DNA of 64,000 nucleotides, taken from a virus. Both the position numbers and the translations under genes were made by a program. How positions within the stretch are numbered: the first letter of the stretch is position 1; every line of letters begins with the position of its first letter. The stretch is from UHGV virus genome UHGV-0098755; one strand, given 5' to 3'. Shown piece by piece: positions 22,055-31,157 of the stretch. The notes beneath the pieces were generated by a model. That model was not told where the DNA came from and made no database searches. It saw only the letters and a program-made list of their open reading frames with translations.

Positions 22055-22084
22055 ATAGTACCATAAAGCTTTATGCTTGTAAAC
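22055..22084 (-). promoter_or_regulatory. putative early promoter (-35 GTTTAC, 18-nt spacer, -10 TACTAT) with conserved leader
   Basis: gtaaac at 22079-22084, atagta at 22055-22060; near-identical module at 38802-38831 and 42664-42693. Confidence 0.45.
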
Positions 22085-22107
22085 CGTTTTGTGAAAAAAT
22101 TTTTGAA

Positions 22108-22134
22108 ATAAAAAAGGGGACCTCTAGGGTCCCC
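22108..22134 (-). terminator. intrinsic terminator after gene 32 (GGGGACC-loop-GGUCCCC plus U-tract)
   Basis: Hairpin at 22116-22134, A-run 22108-22115 on the plus strand. Confidence 0.6.
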
Positions 22135-22156
22135 AATTAATTAGTAATATAATCTA

Positions 22157-23065
22157 TTAAAGGTCATTCAAAAGGTCATCCAGGTCCGTGTCATCAGCAC
22201 TAGATGAACTGCCAGAGCTTGAGCTCATAAAATCATCTTCAGTTTTTGTTTTGAAGTCATCAACATTGAATGCATCCAAATCATCAGCAACTTTATCAGC
22301 TTTCTTAGCGGCAGTTGCTGCGGCACCACCCATAGCAGCAGTTCCCATAACTTGACTGAACTTAGTGCTCAGTTCTTCAAACGATTTGAATTTATCTTTA
22401 GAAGTCATTTCAGAAAGGTCAACCATTTGTTCGAACAGTTCTTTCTGGAAAGATTCATCATCAATGTTTGGAATCGCAGATTGATTCAGGAATTTAGATT
22501 CGTCGTAGTTACTAAAACCAGAAACTTGTTTAACTTTCAGTACAAAGTTAGCACCTTCCCACGGACAAGTTACATCAACCGGAGTTTCGCCCATTTCAAC
22601 ATCAACTGCAATCATTGCATTGATTTTATCCCAGATTTTCTTACCGAAACGGTATTTAAATACTTTACCTTCATTTTCTGGAGCAGCTGGGTCTTTTACT
22701 ACAAGAATGTTAGCCCAGTAAGAAGTTTTACGTTTAACAAGACCGTACTCTTTATTGTCAGTGTTATACAAATCATTTTTACTGATGTACTGACATACTG
22801 GGCAAGAATCGTAATCACCGTGGGTAGATGAACAGTTTTCAATATACCATTTACCATTTTTCTTAAAACCGTGATTTACAAGAATTGCGAATGGTGCTTG
22901 TTCATCATTTTTAGACGGAAGAAAACGAATTACTGCTTGACCGTTACCCGCATTGTCGAGTTTCAGTTTCCACTCGCCTTTATCTTCAGAAGAAAAACCA
23001 CCTTTATTTCCAGCCAGTTTAGCCATTTGTGCAGCGAGTTCAGCAGTAGATTTACGTTTAAACAT
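22157..23065 (-). CDS. 32: single-stranded DNA-binding protein gp32
   Basis: 302 aa, [24 protein letters not shown]...; acidic C-terminal tail [13 protein letters not shown]. Confidence 0.97.
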   Translation of the reverse strand: MFKRKSTAELAAQMAKLAGNKGGFSSEDKGEWKLKLDNAGNGQAVIRFLPSKNDEQAPFAILVNHGFKKNGKWYIENCSSTHGDYDSCPVCQYISKNDLYNTDNKEYGLVKRKTSYWANILVVKDPAAPENEGKVFKYRFGKKIWDKINAMIAVDVEMGETPVDVTCPWEGANFVLKVKQVSGFSNYDESKFLNQSAIPNIDDESFQKELFEQMVDLSEMTSKDKFKSFEELSTKFSQVMGTAAMGGAAATAAKKADKVADDLDAFNVDDFKTKTEDDFMSSSSGSSSSADDTDLDDLLNDL

Positions 23066-23164
23066 TTTTATTTCCTTTTTAATTTAATTAACAGTTGGTG
23101 CTATGACGATGTATGACCTCATAGCTGGTCAGTGAGATAATTATAATCTATTTATAATAAGCAA

Positions 23165-23818
23165 TTAATACTTACAAGATTTCACAGTTTCAATGAAAAC
23201 ATTTTTAGCTTTCTGTGAATCAATATTTAAAATTTTTCTATAAGCCTTTAACTTTATAGAATAATTATTCCAGACTAAATTATCAGTCTGTTCATCATGT
23301 TTATCAATTATATTTAAAAACGAATCAAGCAAGATAAACGTCTCAAACGAAATTATATTCGATTGTAGAAGTTTAAAAATATAACTTGATTGAACTTTTG
23401 GATTATATTCAAAGATTTCTTTAAAAGCAGAAACTTCAACTTTTTTACTAAAATAATAAATGTTGCGAATATCTTCTTCAAACTTAAATTTAATTTGCTT
23501 TAAGCGTCCGATATATTCACGATAAAACACAAGTGCATCAGCGTCAGAGATGTCACCAATCCAAGCATCTTGGTTAGCAACAAGATTGCTTATAAAGATT
23601 AAAGCAAGTTCCTTTAATTTATATTTTTCTGATAACTTCTGGAAAAAATACTTATCCCTTCGCTTTTGATAAGCGGCATCAGACACCCGCATGCACCAAT
23701 TATACTTAATTACATCATACTTTCCATTCATATGTTGTTTTATCATTAAGTATAATTTATAAACTGATTTACCATCAATGTATCTTTCACCACCAGCAGG
23801 CATGCGGAGTTTAATCAT
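23165..23818 (-). CDS. 59: helicase loader gp59
   Basis: 217 aa, MIKLRMPAGGERYIDGKSVYKLYLMIKQHMNGKYDVIKYNW... Confidence 0.95.
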   Translation of the reverse strand: MIKLRMPAGGERYIDGKSVYKLYLMIKQHMNGKYDVIKYNWCMRVSDAAYQKRRDKYFFQKLSEKYKLKELALIFISNLVANQDAWIGDISDADALVFYREYIGRLKQIKFKFEEDIRNIYYFSKKVEVSAFKEIFEYNPKVQSSYIFKLLQSNIISFETFILLDSFLNIIDKHDEQTDNLVWNNYSIKLKAYRKILNIDSQKAKNVFIETVKSCKY

Positions 23819-24153
23819 AGCAGAAAATCTAATGTATTAGTTTTTTCACAACGAACAACAGAAGGACGTAAAAGATTTTCGTCGATAGCTTCTGACTGAA
23901 TTTTTTCAATTATACCCGAAGGAATAAATTTAGCAAATTGAGTTTCAGGAATAGAATTTTCTTCCAAGAATGCTGTCGTAGCTTCAAGATAACTCATTCC
24001 AAACTCTTCTACCATTTTTTCAATAATAAATCCGTTTTCTTGACGATCAAGAAGCTTTGCAATTTCATCCTTTTCTTTCTTAATTGAAAGTTCTTTTTCT
24101 GAAAGACCGGTCTCATCGACCGGACGAATATCATTTAGAGAAAACTGTGTCAT
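23815..24153 (-). CDS. 33: late transcription co-activator gp33
   Basis: 112 aa from ATG at 24151-24153 (MTQFSLNDIRPVDETG...); the track ORF starts 3 codons upstream at a non-ATG codon. Confidence 0.9.
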   Translation of the reverse strand: MTQFSLNDIRPVDETGLSEKELSIKKEKDEIAKLLDRQENGFIIEKMVEEFGMSYLEATTAFLEENSIPETQFAKFIPSGIIEKIQSEAIDENLLRPSVVRCEKTNTLDFLL

Positions 24154-24400
24154 AAAGTTCAACTACCTCTTCAGTTTCAGCTTCAAACACATCACGGTTA
24201 TCTTTATGATACAAAGCTAATAGACGATTAAACATCTTACCATCAACGCCAAGTTCATCTTTGGCACGAATTCGAATATCTTTAATCAGTTCATTATAAC
24301 CGGAAATTTTCAGTTTATGATCAGATGCTTCTTTAATAAATTTAGCCAAGTCTTCGCCATGGATAGCTTCATCAAATTCAACCATTTCTTTTTTAGCCAT
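24131..24400 (-). CDS. dsbA: double-stranded DNA-binding protein DsbA
   Basis: 89 aa, MAKKEMVEFDEAIHGEDLAKFIKEASDHK... Confidence 0.9.
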   Translation of the reverse strand: MAKKEMVEFDEAIHGEDLAKFIKEASDHKLKISGYNELIKDIRIRAKDELGVDGKMFNRLLALYHKDNRDVFEAETEEVVELYDTVFSK

Positions 24401-24408
24401 TATTCACC

Positions 24409-25326
24409 TCAAAATTCATTAATGCTATTAGTTAATTTAGAAAGACCCGCTTTTACAAAATATGAATAAATTTTGCCACGCGGTGGTAATTTATATGAAT
24501 TATAGTAATTCACAATGTTTGAAGCAATATTATCAGGAATATAATCAAAATCAATTAGAACTAAATTTTCTTTATAACGATTATATTCAGATTCTGTGAG
24601 AAGCACCTTAGCTTGCTCACGGTCATTAGCAATAGCTTCAACGATTGAAGTTTTCATTGAAGGAGTTCGTTCACCTTCAACTTTGGTAAACCAAAAGTCA
24701 GATCGTACTTTAACTGAAGCAACGTTATCCTTTTTGTCGCCTTTAAGGATTTTAGTCATGCAATCAATTTCAGCAGAACCGCTTTTAATTTTAACCCATT
24801 TCTTGTGCATCGGTGACCATTGCTTAACATTTGGATATTTGTGAAGTTGAGTAAAGTCACCATCCGATGAAATGATTAAAATCTTGTGTCCTTCTAAAGA
24901 GAACTTTTTAACAAGAACAGCAATGTGGTCATCTGCTTCATACTTATCAATATCCATAACAATGTATGGCATATAAGCTTTCAATTCATCTATAACTTTA
25001 TGGCTGGATTCAAAATAACCTTCCCAGTCCCAAGTAGATTCTTCTCGTGCTTTTCCACGGTTTTTCTTATAATAATAAGCGAAATCACGACGCCAGTATC
25101 CAGATTTCGCGTTATCAATACACAGTACAATTTTAGTGTATCCAAGCGTTTTTGCTTTTTTGACATTAAACTTAATTGAGTTCAATATCAAATGACGAAC
25201 CATTGATAAATTAATTTTTTCTTTATCTGGGAAGTTTACCAAAGCGGTTGAAAGCGCAATTTGACTAAAGTCAATTAAGCAGATTCCTTCTTTGTAATCT
25301 TCATCCAACATCATTTCTAAATCCAT
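24409..25326 (-). CDS. rnh: RNase H (5'-3' flap exonuclease)
   Basis: 305 aa from ATG at 25326 (MDLEMMLDEDYKEGICLIDFSQ...). Confidence 0.95.
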   Translation of the reverse strand: MDLEMMLDEDYKEGICLIDFSQIALSTALVNFPDKEKINLSMVRHLILNSIKFNVKKAKTLGYTKIVLCIDNAKSGYWRRDFAYYYKKNRGKAREESTWDWEGYFESSHKVIDELKAYMPYIVMDIDKYEADDHIAVLVKKFSLEGHKILIISSDGDFTQLHKYPNVKQWSPMHKKWVKIKSGSAEIDCMTKILKGDKKDNVASVKVRSDFWFTKVEGERTPSMKTSIVEAIANDREQAKVLLTESEYNRYKENLVLIDFDYIPDNIASNIVNYYNSYKLPPRGKIYSYFVKAGLSKLTNSINEF

Positions 25327-25388
25327 ATGAACCTCGTTCAATTAGTGAGATTTCTATTATATACCATCCAAATCTTAAAGTAAACAAG

Positions 25389-25396
25389 TATAAATA
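25389..25396 (+). promoter_or_regulatory. T4 late promoter TATAAATA for gene 34
   Basis: Exact TATAAATA 35 nt upstream of the gene 34 ATG. Confidence 0.7.
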
Positions 25397-25430
25397 CTTA
25401 TTATTGAAAACACAATAGGAGCCCGGGAGA

Positions 25431-28400
25431 ATGGCCGAGATTAAAAGAAAGTTCAGAGCAGAAGATGGTCTGGACGCAGGTGGCGATAAAATAATCAACG
25501 TAGCTTTAGCTGATCGTACCGTAGGAACTGACGGTGTTAACGTTGATTACTTAATTCAAGAAAACACAGTTCAACAATATGATCCAACTCGTGGATATTT
25601 AAAAGATTTTGTAATCATTTATGATAACCGCTTTTGGGCTGCTATAAATGATATTCCAAAACCAGCAGGAGCTTTTAATAGCGGACGCTGGAGAGCATTA
25701 CGTACCGATGCAAACTGGATTACGGTTTCATCTGGTTCATATCAATTAAAATCTGGTGAAGCAATTTCGGTTAACACTGCAGCTGGAAATGACATTACGT
25801 TTACTTTACCGTCTTCTCCAATTGATGGTGATACTATCATTCTCCAAGATATTGGAGGAAAACCTGGAGTTAACCAAGTTTTAATTGTAGCTCCAGTGCA
25901 AAGTATTGTAAACTTTAGAGGTGAACAGGTACGTTCAGTACTAATGACTCATCCAAAGTCACAGCTAGTTTTAATTTTTAGTAATCGTCTGTGGCAAATG
26001 TATGTTGCTGATTATAGTAGAGAAGCTATAGTTGTAACACCAGCGAATACTTATCAAGCGCAATCCAACGATTTTATCGTACGTAGATTTACTTCTGCTG
26101 CACCAATTAATGTTAAACTTCCAAGATTTGCTAATCATGGCGATATTATTAATTTCGTCGATTTAGATAAACTAAATCCGCTTTATCATACAATTGTTAC
26201 TACATACGATGAAACGACTTCAATACAAGAAGTTGGAACTCATTCCATTGAAGGCCGTACAACGATTGACGGTTTCTTGATGTTTGATGATAATGAGAAA
26301 TTGTGGAGATTGTTTGACGGGGATAGTAAAGCGCGTTTACGCATTATAACGACTAATTCTAATATTCGTCCAAATGAAGAAGTTATGGTATTTGGTGCGA
26401 ATAACGGAACAACTCAGACAATTGAACTTCAGCTTCCAACTAATATTTCCGTTGGTGATACTGTTAAAATTTCCATGAATTACATGAGAAAAGGACAAAC
26501 AGTTAAAATCAAAGCTGCAGGTGAAGATAAAATTGCTTCTTCAGTTCAATTGCTGCAATTCCCAAAACGTTCAGAGTATCCGCCTGAAACTAAATGGGTG
26601 ACTGTTCAAGAATTGGTTTTTAACGGCGAAACTAATTATGTTCCAGTTTTACAGCTTGCTTATATAGAAGATTCTGATGGAAAATACTGGGTTGTACAAC
26701 AAAACGTTCCAACTGTAGAAAGAGTTGATTCTTTAAATGATTCTACTAGAGCAAGATTAGGCGTAATTGCTTTAGCTACACAAGCTCAAGCTAATGTCGA
26801 TTTAGAAAATTCTCCACAAAAAGAATTAGCAATTACTCCAGAAACATTAGCTAACCGTACTGCTACAGAAACTCGCAGAGGTATTGCAAGAATAGCAACT
26901 ACTGCTCAAGTGAATCAGAACACCACATTCTCTTTTGCTGATGATATTATCATCACTCCTAAAAAGCTGAATGAAAGAACTGCTACAGAAACTCGTAGAG
27001 GTGTTGCTGAAATTGCTACGCAGCAAGAAACTAATGCAGGTACTGATGATACTACAATCATTACTCCTAAAAAGCTTCAAGCTCGTCAAGGTTCTGAATC
27101 ATTATCTGGTATTGTAACTTTTGTATCTACTGCAGGTGCTACTCCAGCTTCTAGCCGTGAATTAAATGGTACGAATGTTTATAATAAAAACACTAATAAT
27201 TTAGTCGTTTCGCCTAAAGCTTTGGATCAGTATAAAGCTACTCCAACACAGCAAGGTGCAGTAATTTTAGCAGTTGAAAGTGAAGTAATTGCTGGACAAA
27301 GTCAGCAAGGATGGGCAAATGCTGTTGTAACGCCAGAAACGTTACATAAAAAGACATCAACTGATGGAAGAATTGGTTTAATTGAAATTGCTACGCAAAG
27401 TGAAGTTAATACAGGAACTGATTATACTCGTGCAGTCACTCCTAAAACTTTAAATGACCGTAAAGCAACTGAAAGTTTAAGTGGTATAGCTGAAATTGCT
27501 ACGCAAGTTGAATTCGACGCAGGCGTCGACGATACTCGTATCTCTACACCATTAAAAATTAAAACCAGATTTAATAGTACTGATCGTACTTCTGTTGTTG
27601 CTCTATCTGGATTAGTTGAATCAGGAACTCTCTGGGACCATTATACCCTTAATATTCTTGAAGCAAATGAGACACAGCGTGGTACACTTCGTGTAGCTAC
27701 ACAAGTTGAAGCTGCTGCAGGAACATTAGATAATGTTTTAATAACTCCTAAAAAGCTTTTAGGTACTAAATCTACCGAATCGCAGGAAGGTGTTATTAAA
27801 GTTGCAACTCAGTCTGAAACTGTGGCTGGAACGTCAGCAAATACTGCTGTATCTCCAAAAAATTTAAAATGGATTGTGCAGAGTGAACCTACTTGGGCAG
27901 CAACTACTGCGATAAGAGGCTTTGTTAAAACTTCATCTGGTTCAATTACATTCGTTGGTAATGACACAGTTGGTTCTACACAGGACTTAGAGCTATACGA
28001 GAAAAATAGCTATGCAGTATCACCGTATGAATTAAACCGTGTATTAGCAAATTATTTGCCGTTAAAAGCAAAAGCTGCTGATACAAATTTATTGGATGGT
28101 CTAGATTCATCTCAGTTCATTCGTAGGGATATTGCACAGACGGTTAATGGTTCACTAACCTTAACCCAACAAATGAATCTGAGTGCCCCTCTTGTATCAT
28201 CTAGTACTGCTACGTTTGGTGGATCAGTTTCGGCAAATAGTACATTAACTATTTCTAATACTGGAACGGCAACTCGTCTGATTTTTGAGAAAGGACCTCA
28301 GACTGGAACTAACCCAGCGCAGACGATGGCTATCAAAGTTTGGGGAAATCAGTTTGGTGGAGGATCAGATACAGCACGTTCTACTGTATTTGAAGTTGGT

Positions 28401-29300
28401 GATGAAACATCTTATCACTTTTATTCTCAACGTAATAAAGACGGGAATATAGCGTTTAGCATTAATGGTACTGTAATGCCAATAAATATTAATGCTTCCG
28501 GTTTGATGAATGTGAATGGCGTTGCAACATTCGGTCGTTCAGTTACTGCTAATGGCGAATTCACCAGTAAATCAGCAAATGCCTTTAGAGCAATAAATGG
28601 TAATTATGGATTCTTTATCAGGAATGATGGCGGTAGCACATATTTTATGCTCACTGCATCTGGTGATCAGACTGGCGGATTTAATGGATTACGTCCTTTA
28701 GCTATTAACAATGCATCTGGTCAAGTAACGATTGGTGAAGGCTTAATCGTTGCCAAAGGTGTTACTATAAACTCAGGTGGCTTAACTGTTAACTCGAGAA
28801 TTCGTTCTCAGGGTAATAAAACATCTGATTTATATACCCGTGCGCCAACATCTGATACAGTAGGATTCTGGTCAATCGATATTAATGATTCAGCTACTTA
28901 TAACCAATTCCCGGGTTATTTTAAAATGGTTGAAAAAACTAATGAAGTGACTGGGCTTCCATACTTAGAACGTGGCGAAGAAGTTAAATCTCCTGGTACA
29001 CTGACTCAGTTTGGTAACACACTTGATTCGCTTTACCAAGATTGGATTACTTATCCAACAACTCCAGAAGCACGTACAACCCGTTGGACACGTACATGGC
29101 AGAAAACCAAAAACTCTTGGTCGAGTTTTGTTCAGGTATTTGATGGAGGTAACCCTCCTCAACCATCTGATATCGGTGCTTTACCATCTGATAATGCTAC
29201 AATGGGGAATCTTACTATTCGTGATTTCTTACGAATTGGTAATGTTCGCATTGTTCCTGACCCAGTGAATAAATCTGTTAAATTTGAATGGGTTGAATAA
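25431..29300 (+). CDS. 34: long tail fibre proximal subunit gp34
   Basis: 1289 aa; internal ~40-aa repeats (TPKKL..RTATETRRG..IATQ..). Confidence 0.97.
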   Translation: MAEIKRKFRAEDGLDAGGDKIINVALADRTVGTDGVNVDYLIQENTVQQYDPTRGYLKDFVIIYDNRFWAAINDIPKPAGAFNSGRWRALRTDANWITVSSGSYQLKSGEAISVNTAAGNDITFTLPSSPIDGDTIILQDIGGKPGVNQVLIVAPVQSIVNFRGEQVRSVLMTHPKSQLVLIFSNRLWQMYVADYSREAIVVTPANTYQAQSNDFIVRRFTSAAPINVKLPRFANHGDIINFVDLDKLNPLYHTIVTTYDETTSIQEVGTHSIEGRTTIDGFLMFDDNEKLWRLFDGDSKARLRIITTNSNIRPNEEVMVFGANNGTTQTIELQLPTNISVGDTVKISMNYMRKGQTVKIKAAGEDKIASSVQLLQFPKRSEYPPETKWVTVQELVFNGETNYVPVLQLAYIEDSDGKYWVVQQNVPTVERVDSLNDSTRARLGVIALATQAQANVDLENSPQKELAITPETLANRTATETRRGIARIATTAQVNQNTTFSFADDIIITPKKLNERTATETRRGVAEIATQQETNAGTDDTTIITPKKLQARQGSESLSGIVTFVSTAGATPASSRELNGTNVYNKNTNNLVVSPKALDQYKATPTQQGAVILAVESEVIAGQSQQGWANAVVTPETLHKKTSTDGRIGLIEIATQSEVNTGTDYTRAVTPKTLNDRKATESLSGIAEIATQVEFDAGVDDTRISTPLKIKTRFNSTDRTSVVALSGLVESGTLWDHYTLNILEANETQRGTLRVATQVEAAAGTLDNVLITPKKLLGTKSTESQEGVIKVATQSETVAGTSANTAVSPKNLKWIVQSEPTWAATTAIRGFVKTSSGSITFVGNDTVGSTQDLELYEKNSYAVSPYELNRVLANYLPLKAKAADTNLLDGLDSSQFIRRDIAQTVNGSLTLTQQMNLSAPLVSSSTATFGGSVSANSTLTISNTGTATRLIFEKGPQTGTNPAQTMAIKVWGNQFGGGSDTARSTVFEVGDETSYHFYSQRNKDGNIAFSINGTVMPININASGLMNVNGVATFGRSVTANGEFTSKSANAFRAINGNYGFFIRNDGGSTYFMLTASGDQTGGFNGLRPLAINNASGQVTIGEGLIVAKGVTINSGGLTVNSRIRSQGNKTSDLYTRAPTSDTVGFWSIDINDSATYNQFPGYFKMVEKTNEVTGLPYLERGEEVKSPGTLTQFGNTLDSLYQDWITYPTTPEARTTRWTRTWQKTKNSWSSFVQVFDGGNPPQPSDIGALPSDNATMGNLTIRDFLRIGNVRIVPDPVNKSVKFEWVE

Positions 29301-29308
29301 GAGGTATT

Positions 29309-30424
29309 ATGGAAAAATTTATGGCAGAGTTTGGACAAGGATATGTCCAAACGCCATTTTTATCGGAAAGTAATTCAGTAAGATACAAAATAAGTATAGC
29401 GGGTTCTTGCCCGCTTTCTACAGCAGGACCATACGTTAAATTTCAGGATAATCCTGTAGGAAGTCAAACATTTAGCGCAGGCCTTCATTTAAGAGTTTTT
29501 GACCCTTCCACCGGAGCATTAGTTGATAGTAAGTCATATGCTTTTTCGACTTCAAATGATACTACATCTGCCGCTTTTGTTAGCTTCATGAATTCTTTGA
29601 CAAATAATAGAATTGTTGCTATATTAACTAACGGAAAGGTTAATTTTCCTCCTGAAGTAGTATCTTGGTTAAGAACCGCAGGAACGTCTGCTTTTCCATC
29701 TGACTCTATATTGTCAAGATTTGACGTATCATATGCTGCTTTTTATACTTCTTCTAAAAGAGCTATTGCATTAGAGCATGTTAAATTAAGTAATAGAAAA
29801 AGCACAGACGACTATCAAACTATTTTAGATGTTGTATTTGACAGTTTAGAGGACGTTGGAGCCACAGGATTTCCTAAAAGAACATACGAAAGCGTTGAGC
29901 AATTCATGTCGGCGGTTGGCGGAACTAATAACGAAATTGCACGTTTACCAACTTCATCCGCGATAAGTAAACTCTCTGATTATAATTTAGTTCCTGGTGA
30001 TGTTCTTTATCTTAAAGCTCAGTTATATGCTGATGCGGATTTACTTGCGCTTGGAACCACAAATATATCCATCCGTTTTTATAATGCATCTAATGGATAT
30101 ATTTCTTCAACACAAGCTGAGTTCACCGGACAAGCTGGGTCTTGGGAATTAAAGGAAGATTATGTAGTTGTTCCAGAAAACGCTGTCGGATTTACGATAT
30201 ATGCACAAAGAACAGCACAAGCTGGTCAAGGTGGCATGAGAAATTTAAGCTTTTCTGAAGTGTCAAGAAATGGCGGAATTTCAAAACCTGCTGAATTTGG
30301 CGTCAATGGTATTCGAGTTAATTATGTCTGTGAATCTGCTTCACCTCCAGATATAATGGTACTTCCTACACAAGCATCGTCTAAAACTGGTAAAGTGTTT
30401 GGACAAGAATTTAGAGAAGTTTAA
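29309..30424 (+). CDS. 35: long tail fibre hinge protein gp35
   Basis: 371 aa, operon position between 34 and 36. Confidence 0.95.
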   Translation: MEKFMAEFGQGYVQTPFLSESNSVRYKISIAGSCPLSTAGPYVKFQDNPVGSQTFSAGLHLRVFDPSTGALVDSKSYAFSTSNDTTSAAFVSFMNSLTNNRIVAILTNGKVNFPPEVVSWLRTAGTSAFPSDSILSRFDVSYAAFYTSSKRAIALEHVKLSNRKSTDDYQTILDVVFDSLEDVGATGFPKRTYESVEQFMSAVGGTNNEIARLPTSSAISKLSDYNLVPGDVLYLKAQLYADADLLALGTTNISIRFYNASNGYISSTQAEFTGQAGSWELKEDYVVVPENAVGFTIYAQRTAQAGQGGMRNLSFSEVSRNGGISKPAEFGVNGIRVNYVCESASPPDIMVLPTQASSKTGKVFGQEFREV

Positions 30425-30429
30425 ATTGA

Positions 30430-30452
30430 GGGAGCCTTCGGGTTCCCTTTTT
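30430..30452 (+). terminator. intrinsic terminator after gene 35 (GGGAGCC-UUCG-GGUUCCC plus UUUUU)
   Basis: Hairpin 30430-30447 followed by T-run 30448-30452. Confidence 0.6.
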
Positions 30453-30455
30453 CTT

Positions 30456-30463
30456 TATAAATA
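30456..30463 (+). promoter_or_regulatory. T4 late promoter TATAAATA for gene 36
   Basis: Exact TATAAATA 24 nt upstream of the gene 36 ATG. Confidence 0.7.
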
Positions 30464-30486
30464 CTATTAAAATAAAGGGGCATACA

Positions 30487-31149
30487 ATGGCTGATTTAAA
30501 AGTAGGTTCAACAACCGGAGGCTCTGTCATTTGGCATCAAGGAAATTTTCCATTGAATCCAGCCGGTGACGATGTACTCTATAAATCATTTAAAATATAT
30601 TCAGAATACAATAAACCACAAGCTGTTGATAACGATTTTGTTTCTAAAGCTAATGGTGGTACTTACGCCGCGACTGTTCGATTTAATGGAGGCGTACATG
30701 TTCCTACTATAGGTAGTAGTCAACAGTGCGGCGTTTATCCAGGTAATGGTGATAATGCTACTTTTGCTGTAACAAATATCGATATTGTTTCGTGGAATGG
30801 TATTGGTTTTAAATCATCACAAGGTTCAGCAGACCGAACTGTTGTAATTAATGCACGTAATGGTGATATTAGTACAAAAGGCATTGTGATAGCAGTAGGT
30901 CAAGTAAAAAGTAACGCAGCTGCTCCTATAGAAGCTCGTGATCTTACTAGAAAGGACTACGTCGATGGAGCAATAAATACTGTTACGGCAAATGCGAACT
31001 CTAGAGTGTTACGATCTGGCGACACTATGACAGGTAACTTAACTGCGCCAAACTTTTTCTCACAGAATCCCGCATCTCAACCTTCACATGTTCCACGATT
31101 TGACCAAATCGTAATTAAGGATTCTGTTCAAGATTTCGGCTATTATTAA
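30487..31149 (+). CDS. 36: long tail fibre distal connector gp36
   Basis: 220 aa, [29 protein letters not shown]... Confidence 0.95.
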   Translation: MADLKVGSTTGGSVIWHQGNFPLNPAGDDVLYKSFKIYSEYNKPQAVDNDFVSKANGGTYAATVRFNGGVHVPTIGSSQQCGVYPGNGDNATFAVTNIDIVSWNGIGFKSSQGSADRTVVINARNGDISTKGIVIAVGQVKSNAAAPIEARDLTRKDYVDGAINTVTANANSRVLRSGDTMTGNLTAPNFFSQNPASQPSHVPRFDQIVIKDSVQDFGYY

Positions 31150-31157
31150 GAGGACTT

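Noticed and set aside
25301-25498. Minus-strand 65-aa ORF spanning the gene 34 late promoter and start
   Set aside because: Overlaps the rnh end, the late promoter and the gp34 N-terminus; no ribosome-binding site
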